64,000 bases of DNA from Callorhinchus milii. Lineage: Eukaryota. Every line of letters begins with the position of its first letter. Position 1 is the stretch's first letter. The stretch is taken from contig NW_024704764.1 of NCBI RefSeq assembly GCF_018977255.1, positions 9,114,001 through 9,178,000 of the forward strand. The letters are read 5' to 3'. A model generated the notes under the pieces. The model had not been told where the DNA came from, did no database searches, and saw only the letters and a program-made list of their open reading frames with translations. A program made the position numbers and the translations under genes. Positions 40,001 to 52,200 of the stretch are shown here, one piece after another.

Positions 40001-41230
40001 CTATCAACGCACTGTATTTGGGTCAAGTTTACAATGTTTCTTACTTAAGAGATAATAATAATAACTCTCGCATTTGATACGGCGCCTCAACACGTCTCCG
40101 CGACGTCTCAAAGCGCTGCTGACGATATACCGGAAATGTGTTGGCTGCTCTTCAGCGCGCGGTGCTGCGATCTCATTCTTCTCTCCCCACCCCAACCCCC
40201 AAAAAAACCCCACACACCCTTTAATATACTGTAAAGTGTAGTGACTGTGCATTTTGTGGGAGAAACGCGGCAGCCGATTGCGCACAGCGACGGCCGACCC
40301 CGCAAACGGCCATGGATGGAGTGACCGGATTATCAGTCCCGTTTTTTTTTAAAAGAAGGGATTATCGCCCTCGGAAAAAGCGATCGGGCCATTCGAACAA
40401 CAACCGGGTGCCTACTGACTGCTGGGTGACCGGAGGCGTGTAGAGGTTTCGCCCCGACCCGCCCGGGTGAATCGAGACCCGGGTCCTCTGGCGTGCGAGG
40501 CGAGAGCTCTCGGCGTCACGCAAGAGGAAGCGCGGGCGGGGGCGGGGGGGGCGGGCGAGGACGACATCTTTTGTGGTCAATAACTAAGATAGGAGCGGGT
40601 GGATGGGGGCGACCGATCGAGTAACGGCTGAATGCTCTCCACGCCCTGGGGTTTGTCACAAAGCAACCGTCTCCGTGATGATCCACGACACAACATATCA
40701 CAGATAGCTGGTAGTACAGATCCATTTAAATTGATGCAAAGGGGGAGGGAGAGGGAGAGGGAGAGAGAAGTTCCCCCCCCCCCCAATTCCTAAAACCCAC
40801 ATTGATTTATTTTTTGTTCTTGCGGGAGGGTGGAGGTTAATCGAGTTCCTTGCTCTCGCGCATGTGCAGTCACTCGCAGCGTCTTCTTGTCTTGCTGCTC
40901 AAGACTTGGGCTGCGGCTTTGCAACGTTGCTATTTAAAGGGTGTGTGTTTTTTTTTTTGGGGGGGGTGGGGTGGGGTGGGGTGGGGAGAGAAGAATGAGA
41001 TCGCAGCACCGCGCGCTAAAGAGCAGCCAACACATTTCCGGTATAAGCGCTATATCAAATGCAAGGATTATTATTATTATTATTATTATCCTCAGCAGCG
41101 CTTTGAGACGTCTCGAGGACGCGATAAGGCGCTGTGCGATAACAATGTGATTCTTACGTTTGATGTATCTTCAAGACTTCTCAAAGCGCTTCACGGAATA
41201 CACTGTAAAGTGAATTGACTCGATATATTC

Positions 41231-41283
<53 letters not shown>

Positions 41284-41708
41284 TGGGGGGTGAAAGATTA
41301 AATGCAAGGATTATTATTATTTATCAACAGATTAATCAATCACTCAGTGTGCAGGTGACTTACCTTCTTATCCTTCACGTCTTCCCCAATGGCTTCTACA
41401 ACCCCAGAGGCTTCCATCCCTGGCACCAGAGGTGGAGATGAAGACATTCTGTCATAGATCCCCTGTCTCGCCATCAGGTCAGCAAAATTCAAGCCACCAG
41501 CCTTGACTCTGACCAAGATCTCACCAGCTTTAGGGATGGGGACGCCCTTCTTCATCTCCACACTCAGTTTGTCATAGCCCCCAAAGCCAGACAGCACAAT
41601 GGCTTTGTAGGAAGAAGGTTCCTCTTGTTCCTGAACCGTTTCTTGTGTCTTCTGAGGTTCCTTGCTTTCTTTTGCCTGTTGAGACTCCTTGCTTTCTTCT
41701 GCAGACAT
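33271..41708 (-). CDS. VAT1: Synaptic vesicle membrane protein VAT-1 homolog (MDR/quinone oxidoreductase family), 378 aa. Exons 41708-41364, 39958-39751, 36762-36592, 36275-36186, 35091-34856, 33357-33271
   Basis: MSAEESK...YKAIVLSGFGGYDKL...VRVKAGGLNFADLMARQGIYD..PLVPGMEASGVV|VGDKV..FEEAAAILVNYVTAYMMIYDFGNLQPGQSVLVHMAAG|GVGIAATQLC..SKHETIKENGVSHPIDYRTLDYVEEVRKISPKG|VDIVLDPLGGADTAKGFHLLKPMGK|..LQLLQSNKAVCGYHLG..IKPRVDSVWSFEQ|VGDAMRQMQERKNIGKVILVPE. GT-AG introns, 1137 nt. Confidence 0.97.
33840..34330 (-). mobile_element. CR1 LINE 3' fragment interrupted by a SINE tail
   Basis: RRVRGDLVEVFKILKGFDRID..FPLVKETKTRGHQHKI..RRNFFTQREVGLWNMVPQGVVEAK on the minus strand. Confidence 0.85.
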
Positions 41709-42413
41709 CTCTCTCTCTCTCTCTCTCTCGCTCCTTTCTCCCTGTCCTTTCTTCCTCTTTCTTATTATCCTCTCCTTTTTTTTTATTTGGCACAACACTC
41801 ACAGAACACGCAGACAGAGGTCCAAAATAGACAGCCCAGGCAGAGGAGAAGAAGTTGGGTGCAAATTTCTTGGGGCAATGCTCTCTCTGAGCGTGTGTGT
41901 GTGTGTCTGCGTACGTGTATGTGTGTTTCTCTCTCTCTCTCTCTCTCCCCCTATCGAAATTGGTCCAATTTCTCAATTGAAATCAACAAGACCAAAGCCA
42001 AGCTTAAGGCTGGGAACCTCCCAGATCTCTTGGCTTCTCTGAAAACATGGAACCAGGAGCTCCTATTCTTTCTTTCCGGCGAACACCCGATTCACTCCAA
42101 CCCGACTCAACTCGGCCGCTCTCATTTGGGATTTATTCCGCCATCCGGGCCAAGCGACGGAGCGGACAGGAGGAGAAAGCGTTTTCTCCGACGGCGGAGG
42201 GTTTGCACGTTTCAAGGAACCGATCGCTGTTTCGCCCCCACACACAGAAGTTGCTCACTTCAGTTATTCGCTCGGCCGCGGTATTCCGTGGGCGCAGCGG
42301 GAGGGCGGCGGCCGATTGCGCGCAGAGACAGCGGCGGCCCGCGAAACGGCCGTGGGTCGAGCGACCGATATTTTTCTTAAAGGTTGGCTGATTCCCAACC
42401 CGAACGAGCATGG

Positions 42414-42922
42414 CGTCCCGGTAGCCTCGGGGGTTAGAGTACTCGCCTCGCAAGCGAGAGGACCTGGGTTCGATTTCCGGGCGGGTCGGGTCGGGTCAGG
42501 GCGAAATGTTGGGCAAGTTTCCTTACTCCACGCACACACACGCACGCACACACACACACGCGCGCACACACGCGCACACGCACACGCGCGTGTGCCTCTG
42601 TCTACCCAGCCTTGTTGTTCGTCGATTGGCAGATCGCTTTTCAATGGGTAAGGAATAATCCCTTCAAAAAAAAATTAATAATTCGGCGACTCAATCCGCG
42701 ACTGTTTTGTGTGTGGGGTGGGGTGGGGGAGGGAGGAGGGTGGGGGGGGGACGGCGCTGCGCGCAATCGGCCGCCGCGTTTCGCCCGCAAAACATACATA
42801 CAGTCAATTGGCTTTGCAGCGTATCCCGTGAAGCGCTTTGAGACGTCTCGAAGGCGTGATAAGGCGCTGTGTCAAAGGCCAGGAATATTATTATTATATT
42901 ATTATTATTATTATTATTATTA
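42414..42922 (+). mobile_element. tRNA-derived SINE, full length with an internal CA expansion
   Basis: Head gtagcctcgggggttagagtactcgcctcgcaagcgagaggacctgggttcgat, central ttgggcaagtttccttactcca, tail and (tta)n. Confidence 0.85.
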
Positions 42923-43254
42923 CATAAATCAGTGCTTTGCTGGATTGAGCCTGAGATATTATCCTTGTGTATCAGCACCACCCAGTGTAGAGACGGAGCG
43001 ATGGTCTGGAACTCGGTTACGCTGGGTCCGTAATGTTAATATTAAACATCTTCGAGACCACGGCCACAGAAGGACGCCCTCTTGCACACAAGTGTGGAAA
43101 TGACAACCTCTCACCTCTCGTTTCTTTCATCCCAAAGCTCCACGACTCCGAAACAGACCTCAGCTGTGAGCTGAGACAGTGGGTGTCAACAGGGAACGTC
43201 AAGGGGCTTCGTCTCACCCCCCCACCACCCCCTCTCGCCCCCCCCCCCACACAC

Positions 43255-43650
43255 ACACACATATACAGTCCTCACAATCGCACACCGCATATATACATAT
43301 ACGTACTCACACATACGCACACGCATATACCGTCCTCACAATCACACACCACATATATACATATACGCACTCACATTCATACACACACGCACACGCATAT
43401 ACGTATACACACACACACTCACACGCATATACAGTCCTCACAATCACACACCGCATATGTACATATACGCACTCACACCCATACACACGCGCACACACTC
43501 ACACGCATATATGTATACACACACACACTCACACACATATACAGTCCTCACAATCACACACCACATATATACCTATACGCACTCACACTCACACACACAC
43601 ACGTATACACACGCGCACGCATTCGCTTATACAGTCCTCACGCTCACAGC
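43255..43650. repeat. CA-rich minisatellite (atatacagtcctcacaatcacacaccgcatat...) between the divergent VAT1 and RND2 starts
   Basis: About five degenerate copies visible. Confidence 0.8.
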
Positions 43651-44456
43651 CATCACAAAATATACAGTCGATTCACTTCACTTCCGTGAAGCGCTTTGAA
43701 GACGCCCCGAAGACGCGATAAGGCGCCACATCAAATGCGAGCATTATGATCATTGTGTGCACAACACACACACTCACAGGCACGCGCGCACACATACACA
43801 TACTCGAAAACTCCACGTCTCGCTGCGCTTTACCATTCGAAAACAACAAGACGTAACACCTTTTAAAATACCTTAAACCAAAAAAAAACACACGCGTAAA
43901 AATGTCTGTCCAAACCCTTCCAGTCCAAATACAAGAGCCTCCAGTCCAGCTTTTACGTGGGATTCCCAGGATTTTTCCTATTCTATTTAAAAAAATGGGG
44001 AAAAAAAAACCCATCAGAAAGAAAGTACAAAAGTGGGGAACATATGCAACTTGAGAAATGTCCAACTGATGGGATGTGTGTGAGTGTGAGAGAGACAGAG
44101 AGGGAGGGAGGAGAGTTCAGCTTTAATTCAATTTAATCTTTATTTCTGCTGTTAATTTGCTGGGGATTGTGGTGAACTGTTGCAGTGAGGAGGGAACAAC
44201 CTCTTTTCTGCACATCGATGAGAGCAGAGGAACAGGATTGGTGTGTCTGTAGCCTCTACCAGAGGCTCTACTGCTATTAGCTCAGTGAGTGAGTGTGTGA
44301 GTGTGTGTGTCTCACTCTCTCTGACTCAAGTCACATTTGCACAGTGGATGTGAAGAGTGGATGTGAAGAGTGTCAGTGGTGAGTGAATGAGTGAGTGAGT
44401 GAGTGAGTGAGTGAATGAATGAGTGAGTGAGTGGGATAAAGAGAGAGAAGAGGATA

Positions 44457-44491
<35 letters not shown>

Positions 44492-44565
44492 AGAGCTGGA
44501 TTAAAGGGAAACAAGTCTACTTGTCAATGCAGGAAAGGGCAGACTTATAGCCCCCAACACCAGCC

Positions 44566-47500
44566 ATGGAACAGCAAAGCTCTCACTGCAAGATTGTTGT
44601 GGTTGGTGATTCCCAGTGTGGGAAAACAGCTTTGCTGCACGTTTTTGCGAAGGATTGTTACCCAGAGGTAAACTGAGCTGCTTTTCTTATCCTAACAGCA
44701 ATAATAACACCGGTAATAACAGTCCTTGCATTTGGTACAGCGCCTGATCACGTCTCCGAGACGTGTCAAGGAGCGATGCCCTGCAAAAGCGAATCGACTT
44801 GTGCGTTTTGCGGGCGAACTGCGGGAGCCAACGCTTTTCTTTTTCGGGGGGGGAGGCGATACGGTGTGGACGTTCCCCTTCAGGTCCTTCCTTCGGTGAC
44901 TTTATATCTTTTTCTCGCGTTACTTACGCGTGCGTTTACCCCCCCCAAAAAAATGCAAGAATTTGCGAAACCCCCGAAACCCGTCACGGTTATCGGGTTT
45001 TGAAGCATTTCGCCTTTTTTTTTGGGGGTGGGGTGTGTGGGAGTGGGAGGGGGGGGGGGGCGTCCAAAAAAAATCCTTCTTCAGTGCGTTCCTCCGATGT
45101 ATTTTTTCCCCTGTAATTCATCACTGAAGAGTTTTACGAGCTTTTCTATTTAAAAAATTTGTGGATCGCTTTTGGCAGAGACTCTGATCTAACAGCGTCT
45201 GTTGGGAAAGGGATAACAACCGTAACTTTGCGGGAGTTGAGGGAAAAGTTTGTGGGAGTTTGAGTGGGTTTTTTTTAACGTAAAATCCTTTAATCCCTCT
45301 ATTTTGCCGCTCTGCGCTGCAGAGATGTGATGTTCCCACCCTGGAATATTGCCCTCTCAGTCTGTTCGCCCACAAAGTACACAGTCGATTCGCTTTCCGG
45401 TGTATCCCGTGAAGCACTTTGAGACGTCTCGAAGACGCGATGAGGCGCGGTGTCAAATGCCGGGGTTATTATATTATTATTATTGTTATGGCCGAAAACC
45501 TGATTTCTCACTGAACTGTAACCTGCCCTTTAATTCTTACAAGATCTTATGGTCTCAAAAACGAAGTCGGTCTTATAAATAATAATAATAATCCTCCTCG
45601 CATTTGATACAGCACCTTATCACGTGTTTGAGACCTCTCAAAGCGCTTCACAGAATATACTGTAAAGTGAATCGACTGCGTATTTTGTGGGCGAAATATA
45701 TAATATGTGTATATAGGGACGCTGCTGCGTGCAGTTGGCTGTCACATTTTTCCCACAAAATGCACAGTCACTCCACTTTACAGTGTCTCCCGCGAAGGGC
45801 TTCGAGACGTCTCGAAGACGTGATGAGGCGCCGGGTCAAAGGCCGGGATCATTACCGTTATACAGCTCTCTTAAGATGGCATTTGTGTGTGTCGTAGAGT
45901 TATGTATCCACCGTCTTCGAGAACTACACGGCCAGTTTCGAGATCGAGAAACAGAGGATCGAGCTGAACATGTGGGACACATCAGGTGAGTGGCAAAGGC
46001 CGCGGCGTGGGGTGCAAGTTACTTGTCCTGGTGTTGCGTGTCAACTCTCCTTTCACCTTCTCGCTGCGAAGCTCTGCCTCCGCTCTTCATCGCAACCCTC
46101 TGGGATCCTCTCGTGGCCTTTTGTGTGAAACTGTGAAAAACTCCTGTCGTCAAAACTGAAGCCAGTTACAGCCTCAGGGAATCCAGTGGCCATTTGACCC
46201 ATCCTGAAATCACCGGCTCTTTCCCCCCCCACCCGTCCCCGTCCCCCCCCCACCCCCACCATTTCTCCTACTGTTTCCCCATTTAATAATCATTGCATTT
46301 GACACAACGCAACATCTCAAAGTGCTTCGCCGTGGAGTGGAGTGTTGGCCTCTCTGTCGTCGTGACTGGGGGTTTTGGACGCGGCGTCCGAGCTAAGTAA
46401 GGTGGGCTGCAAACCCCCTCCATACCGCAGAGAGGGGGGGGAGGGGGCGGTGGGGGGGAGGGGGGTGGTGGGGGGGGGGTGGCATTGAAATGAGAACGAT
46501 GACCTAAAGGACTTTTTTTTTAATGAACGTGAGATTGTGGTGAGACATCGAGACGAACGAGGTGGTCACCAGGTGCCTCCCGGTGACGTTCTAAACCTGG
46601 CCACGGGGGGGGGGGGGGGCGCACAAGAGAACAGGGGGGCATTTGGTGCCCCCCCTACCCCACACCCCCCCCACAAGCCCCCGAATCTCTCACCTCCCAC
46701 CCTCCTTGGCCTCCCCCTCTGCCCAGGAAACCTACCGTATAAGTAAAGTTGTTCGTACGGCGCAGAGAGTCGGCGATGCTTTGTGTTTGTCCAGTAAATT
46801 GGGGGTTTGGACCCTTTTGAGAAAAATTAATTCGAGGGAAATTCTTTAACCGGATCAACAGGTTCTTCTCCCTCAACACTCCACCCCCCCACCCCACTCC
46901 CCCCCCACCCCCCACTTCAACAACAACGACAACACATTACGTTCACACAGCGCTTGCCTTTATCCCCACGGTCCCCGCGACCTCTCTCTCTCTCTCTCTC
47001 TCTCTGGAGTCAGGTCGGCGAGCGATCTGTCAGTCACCCAATCTGGCCGGTCACTGGGCTGTCAGTGTGTACCCCCTCAACGCCGACAGCTCCCCACCCC
47101 CCTCCCCCCCAAACCCCCCACTCCCTACCCCGCTTCTCCCCCGCCCCCCCCACCCCACCTCCCTACTCCCTCACTGTGGAACGAAGTGAACTCGGCAGCA
47201 AAATTGCGCACAGCGACGTCCCACAAACAGCCGTGGAGTGAAAGAGCAATTTTATTTGGGGGTGTAGGGGGGTGAGGGGGGGGGGTTGTCAGCCAGGACA
47301 CCGGGAGAGAGAGAGCGAGAGAGAGAGAGAGAGAGAGAGAGAGCTTCCCACTGCCCCAGACTGTGCTCTGTCCTGTTAACCCTGTACAGAGCTGCCTGGC
47401 TGTATATCTCAGGATCGGGGACCACGTGAAGCTGTCCTGTCGCTTCCCGCTGTCCTTTTCACTCCCTTTCCCGTGAGAAGTAATGTCCGGAGTCAGACAG

Positions 47501-49265
47501 TGAGCCGAACGAGCTGAATTCCTGCCGCGCAAGGCTGAAAAGGGCTCGGCTTCGGCCGGCTTCAGCTGGGCTTCCACCGGTCACGCTCCACCTGCCCCCC
47601 CGGCCGCTCGCTGCGGCCACAGCCGGTTACAGCCCTCGCCTCGCGAGCGAGAGGACCTCGGGGTCCGATTCCCGGGCGGGTCAGGGCGAAAGACCTTGGT
47701 CCAAGTTTCCTTACTCCACACACACACACGCACACACACGCACACACACACGCACACGCCGCTGTTTACCCAGCAGTTAGTTAGGAACCTGGTTGTTAGT
47801 CGATTGGCAGATGGATTGCTTTCCGGGGGTAATAATCACGGCAAATCACAGAAGTGTGCGGGGTAAGGAAAACTGGCCCAACCTTTTGCCCCACCTGGGA
47901 ATCAAACCGGGTGAGGACACGTGTGTTGGATTCATTAAAAAAAAATCACAATTAACAAATACAATTTTTTTTACTGCAAAAAAAAGGCTGCGTCCTCCTC
48001 TGAGGAGGCGTGAGGTTAAGCGATTCAGGTGTTTGTCAGAGCTGGGATATTGTGTGTGTGTGTGACTGTGTGTGTGTGTGCGCGCGCGTGACTGTGTGCG
48101 TGTGTGACTGTGTGTGTGACTGCGTGTGTGTGCGTGACTGTGTGTGTGTGTGTGTGCGTGTGCGCGTGCGTGTGACGGTGTCTGTGACCGTTCATGTGTG
48201 TGTGTGACTGCGTGTGTGTGAGACTGTGTGTGTTGGGCGTGACTGAGTGTGTGTGTGTGTGTGACTGTGTGTGTGTGTGTGTGACTGTGTGTGTGTGTGT
48301 GAGACGTTCTCTGGGACGTGTTTCAGAAGCAGCTCTTTGTTTTAGTGATGGATAAAGGATATTTTCTGCCTGTGACTGTCGAGGCTGAATTCAATTAACC
48401 TTTTCTTCTGAAAAGTGCTGGGAATGGCGATCCCAAACAAGTGGATACAATATCTTCTCTGTCTTTGTGGCCGAATTATTCAATTTACATTCTGCGGAAA
48501 CAGCGCACNNNNNNNNNNNNNNNNNNNNNNNNNNNNNNNNNNNNNNNNNNNNNNNNNNNNNNNNNNNNNNNNNNNNNNNNNNNNNNNNNNNNNNNNNNNN
48601 NNNNNNNNNNNNNNNNNNNNNNNNNNNNNNNNNNNNNNNNNATACAGCGCCTTATCACGTCTTCGAGACGTCTCAAAGCGCTTCACAGGAGTCACTGCAG
48701 AGCGAAGTGACCGTGTGTGTACCTCTGTGGGGGAATGTAGCAGCCGGTTCTATAACCTCCTGTTGTTAATCTATTGCACGTGGCGGGGGGGGTTGAGGGG
48801 TGGTGGGGGCGGCGGGGTGGGGGGTGGGGGGGGAATGGACAGCAGTGGGTGGGGGTAGCGAGGAAAACGTCCCCTCGTGAAGTGTGAGGCACTTAAGACT
48901 CCAAACCTCCCTGTGCTGCGGTTATTCGATATTTTTCACCCTCGTTTGCAAACGAACCGGAGACTTCAAAGCCTGGTTGGTGTCCTGTAGCTGGGGGGGG
49001 GGGGGGTGAGTTATTGCTCTCTTTCATGTGGGCTGAGCTCTCCTGCGATCTTCCCCTCCTTCCCCACTTCCCCCCCCCCCCCCCCCCTTATTAACGCAAA
49101 TCCTTCTCAGCTGCTCAGGTGCTGTGTAGCCATTCCAAAGTCTCGCACTCCCAGAGGCTTTCCGTCTCGAAAGGCAGCCAAGAAAATCAGATTGATTCCT
49201 GCGATGTGCGTGTGTGTGTTGGCGAGGCTCGCGTTGGGGGGGGGGGGGGGGGTTGAGAGTGGGGG

Positions 49266-49297
<32 letters not shown>

Positions 49298-52200
49298 TTC
49301 GAAGCCCTGTTCCGTTGCGATACCCGTGTGGCTTCGTATTCGAGGGCTAGAAACCAACAACAACAACAGCAGCAACAGCAACAACTTGCACTCACACCCC
49401 TCCCTTCGCCCCGCGTGTCGGCCCGGCTCGGCGGGTAGTTTGCATGTGTGTGCGCTTCGGGATCGTTTCGGGCGAAGGGGCCGGCCATTGGCGTTGAGGT
49501 ACGGGTCAGCCGCCATCTAAGTGGAATGGCGGAACAGGCTCGAGGGGCTGAATGGCCTCCTGCCTGTCCCCTGTGTTCCAAAGAGCGAGAAAGGGGATTA
49601 AGAAAACCAACACAAAGGGATGCGGAGAAAGAGCTGAGAATAATAGAGAGAGAAAGAGAGAGAGGTGGGGGGGTGGGGAGAGCGAGACCTAGAGAGGGGG
49701 GGGGGAGGAGGGTGGTTTGTGGCACAGATATGAGGGTCTGAACCCCTTCCCCCCCCCCCCCCGAGCGGTTGTAAATCTCTATTCAGGGCTGGAGCTCAGT
49801 TGCAGTTATTGATGGTGTTAGGACTTAGAGTGAGTGACANNNNNNNNNNNNNNNNNNNNNNNNNNNNNNNNNNNNNNNNNNNNNNNNNNNNNNNNNNNNN
49901 NNNNNNNNNNNNNNNNNNNNNNNNNNNNNNNNNNNNNNNNNNNNNNNNNNNNNNNNNNNNNNNNNNNNNNNNNNNNNNGGCTGAGAGGTTTCATTTGCAT
50001 GATGCTGTCTCCCCCCCCCACCAACCCCCCACCCCCTCCCCCCCCCACTCTCTCTCTCTCTCTCCCCCACACCCCACACCCCCCACCATCAACATTATTT
50101 ATGCCGCACCATCGTACAATGGAAGAGATTTGGACCTGATCTGATGTCCCCAGTTGCTACGTTACTGACTGCGGGAGGAATGTGCAGCCAAAGAGAGTCA
50201 GAGAGACAGCATCTCCCTCTGACACTCCAGGGGGGCAGATGGGGGTAAGGGGGGAGGGGGGAGAGTGGGGTGGGAGGTCTTGGGGGGGGGGGGGTTTGCC
50301 CCTGATTTTTCTTTTCCCGGAGGGTTTTATCTTTTATTCCGCGAAGAAGTGCCGAAAAGCGTCAACAATTCTCTGCAAAACGAGTGGGAACCTGTTCCTC
50401 CCTCTCGATAAAACTTTCCTTTTCTCTCTCTTTCTTTCCGTCTCTGTCCTGTTTCTCTCTCTCTCTCTCTCTGTTTCGCTCTGTCTCTCCCTCCCTCTCT
50501 CTCTCTCTCTTTGCCTTTTCGCTCTCTCCCTTGGGGGGGAAAAGGATGTGCTTCGAGCCCTACTCGGAAAGTGTTTGTACGTTGTCACGTGGGATGGTTG
50601 TGGGGGGCAGTGGGGGCCTGTGGAGCGCCGGGTTGGGGGGGGAGCGGTGGTGGGGGTTGGGGGTGGGAGTGAGTGAGTGAGTGAGTGTGGGGGAGAGGTT
50701 GACCTTTTGTTCCACATTGGATCTCCGAGTGGCTTCTCTCTGAGCTCTCAATGAATAACAGTTCAGTTAGAAACTGCGCATGTCACACAGTTACAGCACA
50801 ACTCGGGCCAACCCGTCCGTACCAGAGACCCCCCCACCCCACCCCACCCACTCCTTCCTCTTCGCCCGTGCCTACGGTCACATCCCCACCACCCCCCCCC
50901 CCACCCCAAACCCCCCCACCCCCGGGCTCAGCGTTCACCGGGACAAACGGCAACATTCCCTTTCGCTCCGTCGCCCGGTGACTGAGCCCGGCCTCGGACA
51001 CGGCTTTAGCTGTTCGACGCGCTCTGTCTCTGCCTCTGGTTTATCCGGAGATGGTCAGTCGTAAAAGGAGGGGGAAAAACCCCCCACTGCGTCAGACTAG
51101 AACGACTCGCGTTTCGCCTCTGAGTCAGAGGGGGTGTGGGGTGGGGGGGCTGTTGCATTGTCAGAGACGCCGTCCTTCGGATGAGACGCTAAACCTCTCT
51201 CCCCGTCTGCCTGTTCAGGAGCTATGCACAGAGCCGCGTTCGTCTTTAAATCCTATGTTAATGAATCTTTCTTTTTTCCCCCTCTCTCCCGCCCCCCCCC
51301 CCCACCCCCGCTCTCCCCTTCCCTCTCACTCCCCCCTCTCTCCCCCCACCCCACCACCCCCATCTCCACACCCCAGGCTCTGCATACTATGACAATGTTC
51401 GGCCTCTGGCCTATCCCGATGCTGACGCTGTCCTGATCTGCTTTGACATCAGTCGACCGGAGACCCTGGACAGTGTGTTGAAGAAGGTTGGTGCCCATCC
51501 AATCCCTGAGTGTCCAGCACCTTCCCTGACGCGAAGGGCGTTGTGTAAATGCCTCGCTTGTGGTTGTAGGTTGTGGTGGTTGTCGTCGTCGTTGTTGTTC
51601 TCGTCGTCTCATCAAACGGAGCCCGGGAACTGGTTGTGTCAACGTCAGAGGAGGCGCTCTGTGTGGTCCAAAAGATATAAACAACCACTCGCATTTACAC
51701 AGTGTTCCTCATCGCGAGGGTTTGAGTGTCTCAGAGCTTTCGGCGAAAGGGTCAAAGGAGCGGCCAACGTTCCCACAGACTTGCTTTCGGAAAACAAGAT
51801 TTAGAAGCTATCAATTCTCCGGGGCTGGTTTTATAGGTTTATATTTATATATATATATATATATATATACGTATATATCTAGTGTTTGGCTTGGCTTGTG
51901 CTGTGTCTCCAACATGTCAAGCAATCCAACCAGCAGTATGTCTGGCATCAGAACCCTTCTGGATCGCTCTGAGCTCTTGAAATCCTCCCCGGTCTGACTC
52001 AGCCAGACTGCCTTTCCGTCCTAAAAATGGGAGGAATTTACAGGGGGAGAAAAATATTATTCCCACACAGAATAAGGTCGTTCTTCAGCCTTTTCCCGTC
52101 TCGTCATGTCGGCGCTGGCTTTATCCGGACAGAGGTCCGTTCAGTGAAGGCGCAAGTGCGGGAGCTCCAGACTTCACTTGGAAGGATTTTTTTACTTAAG

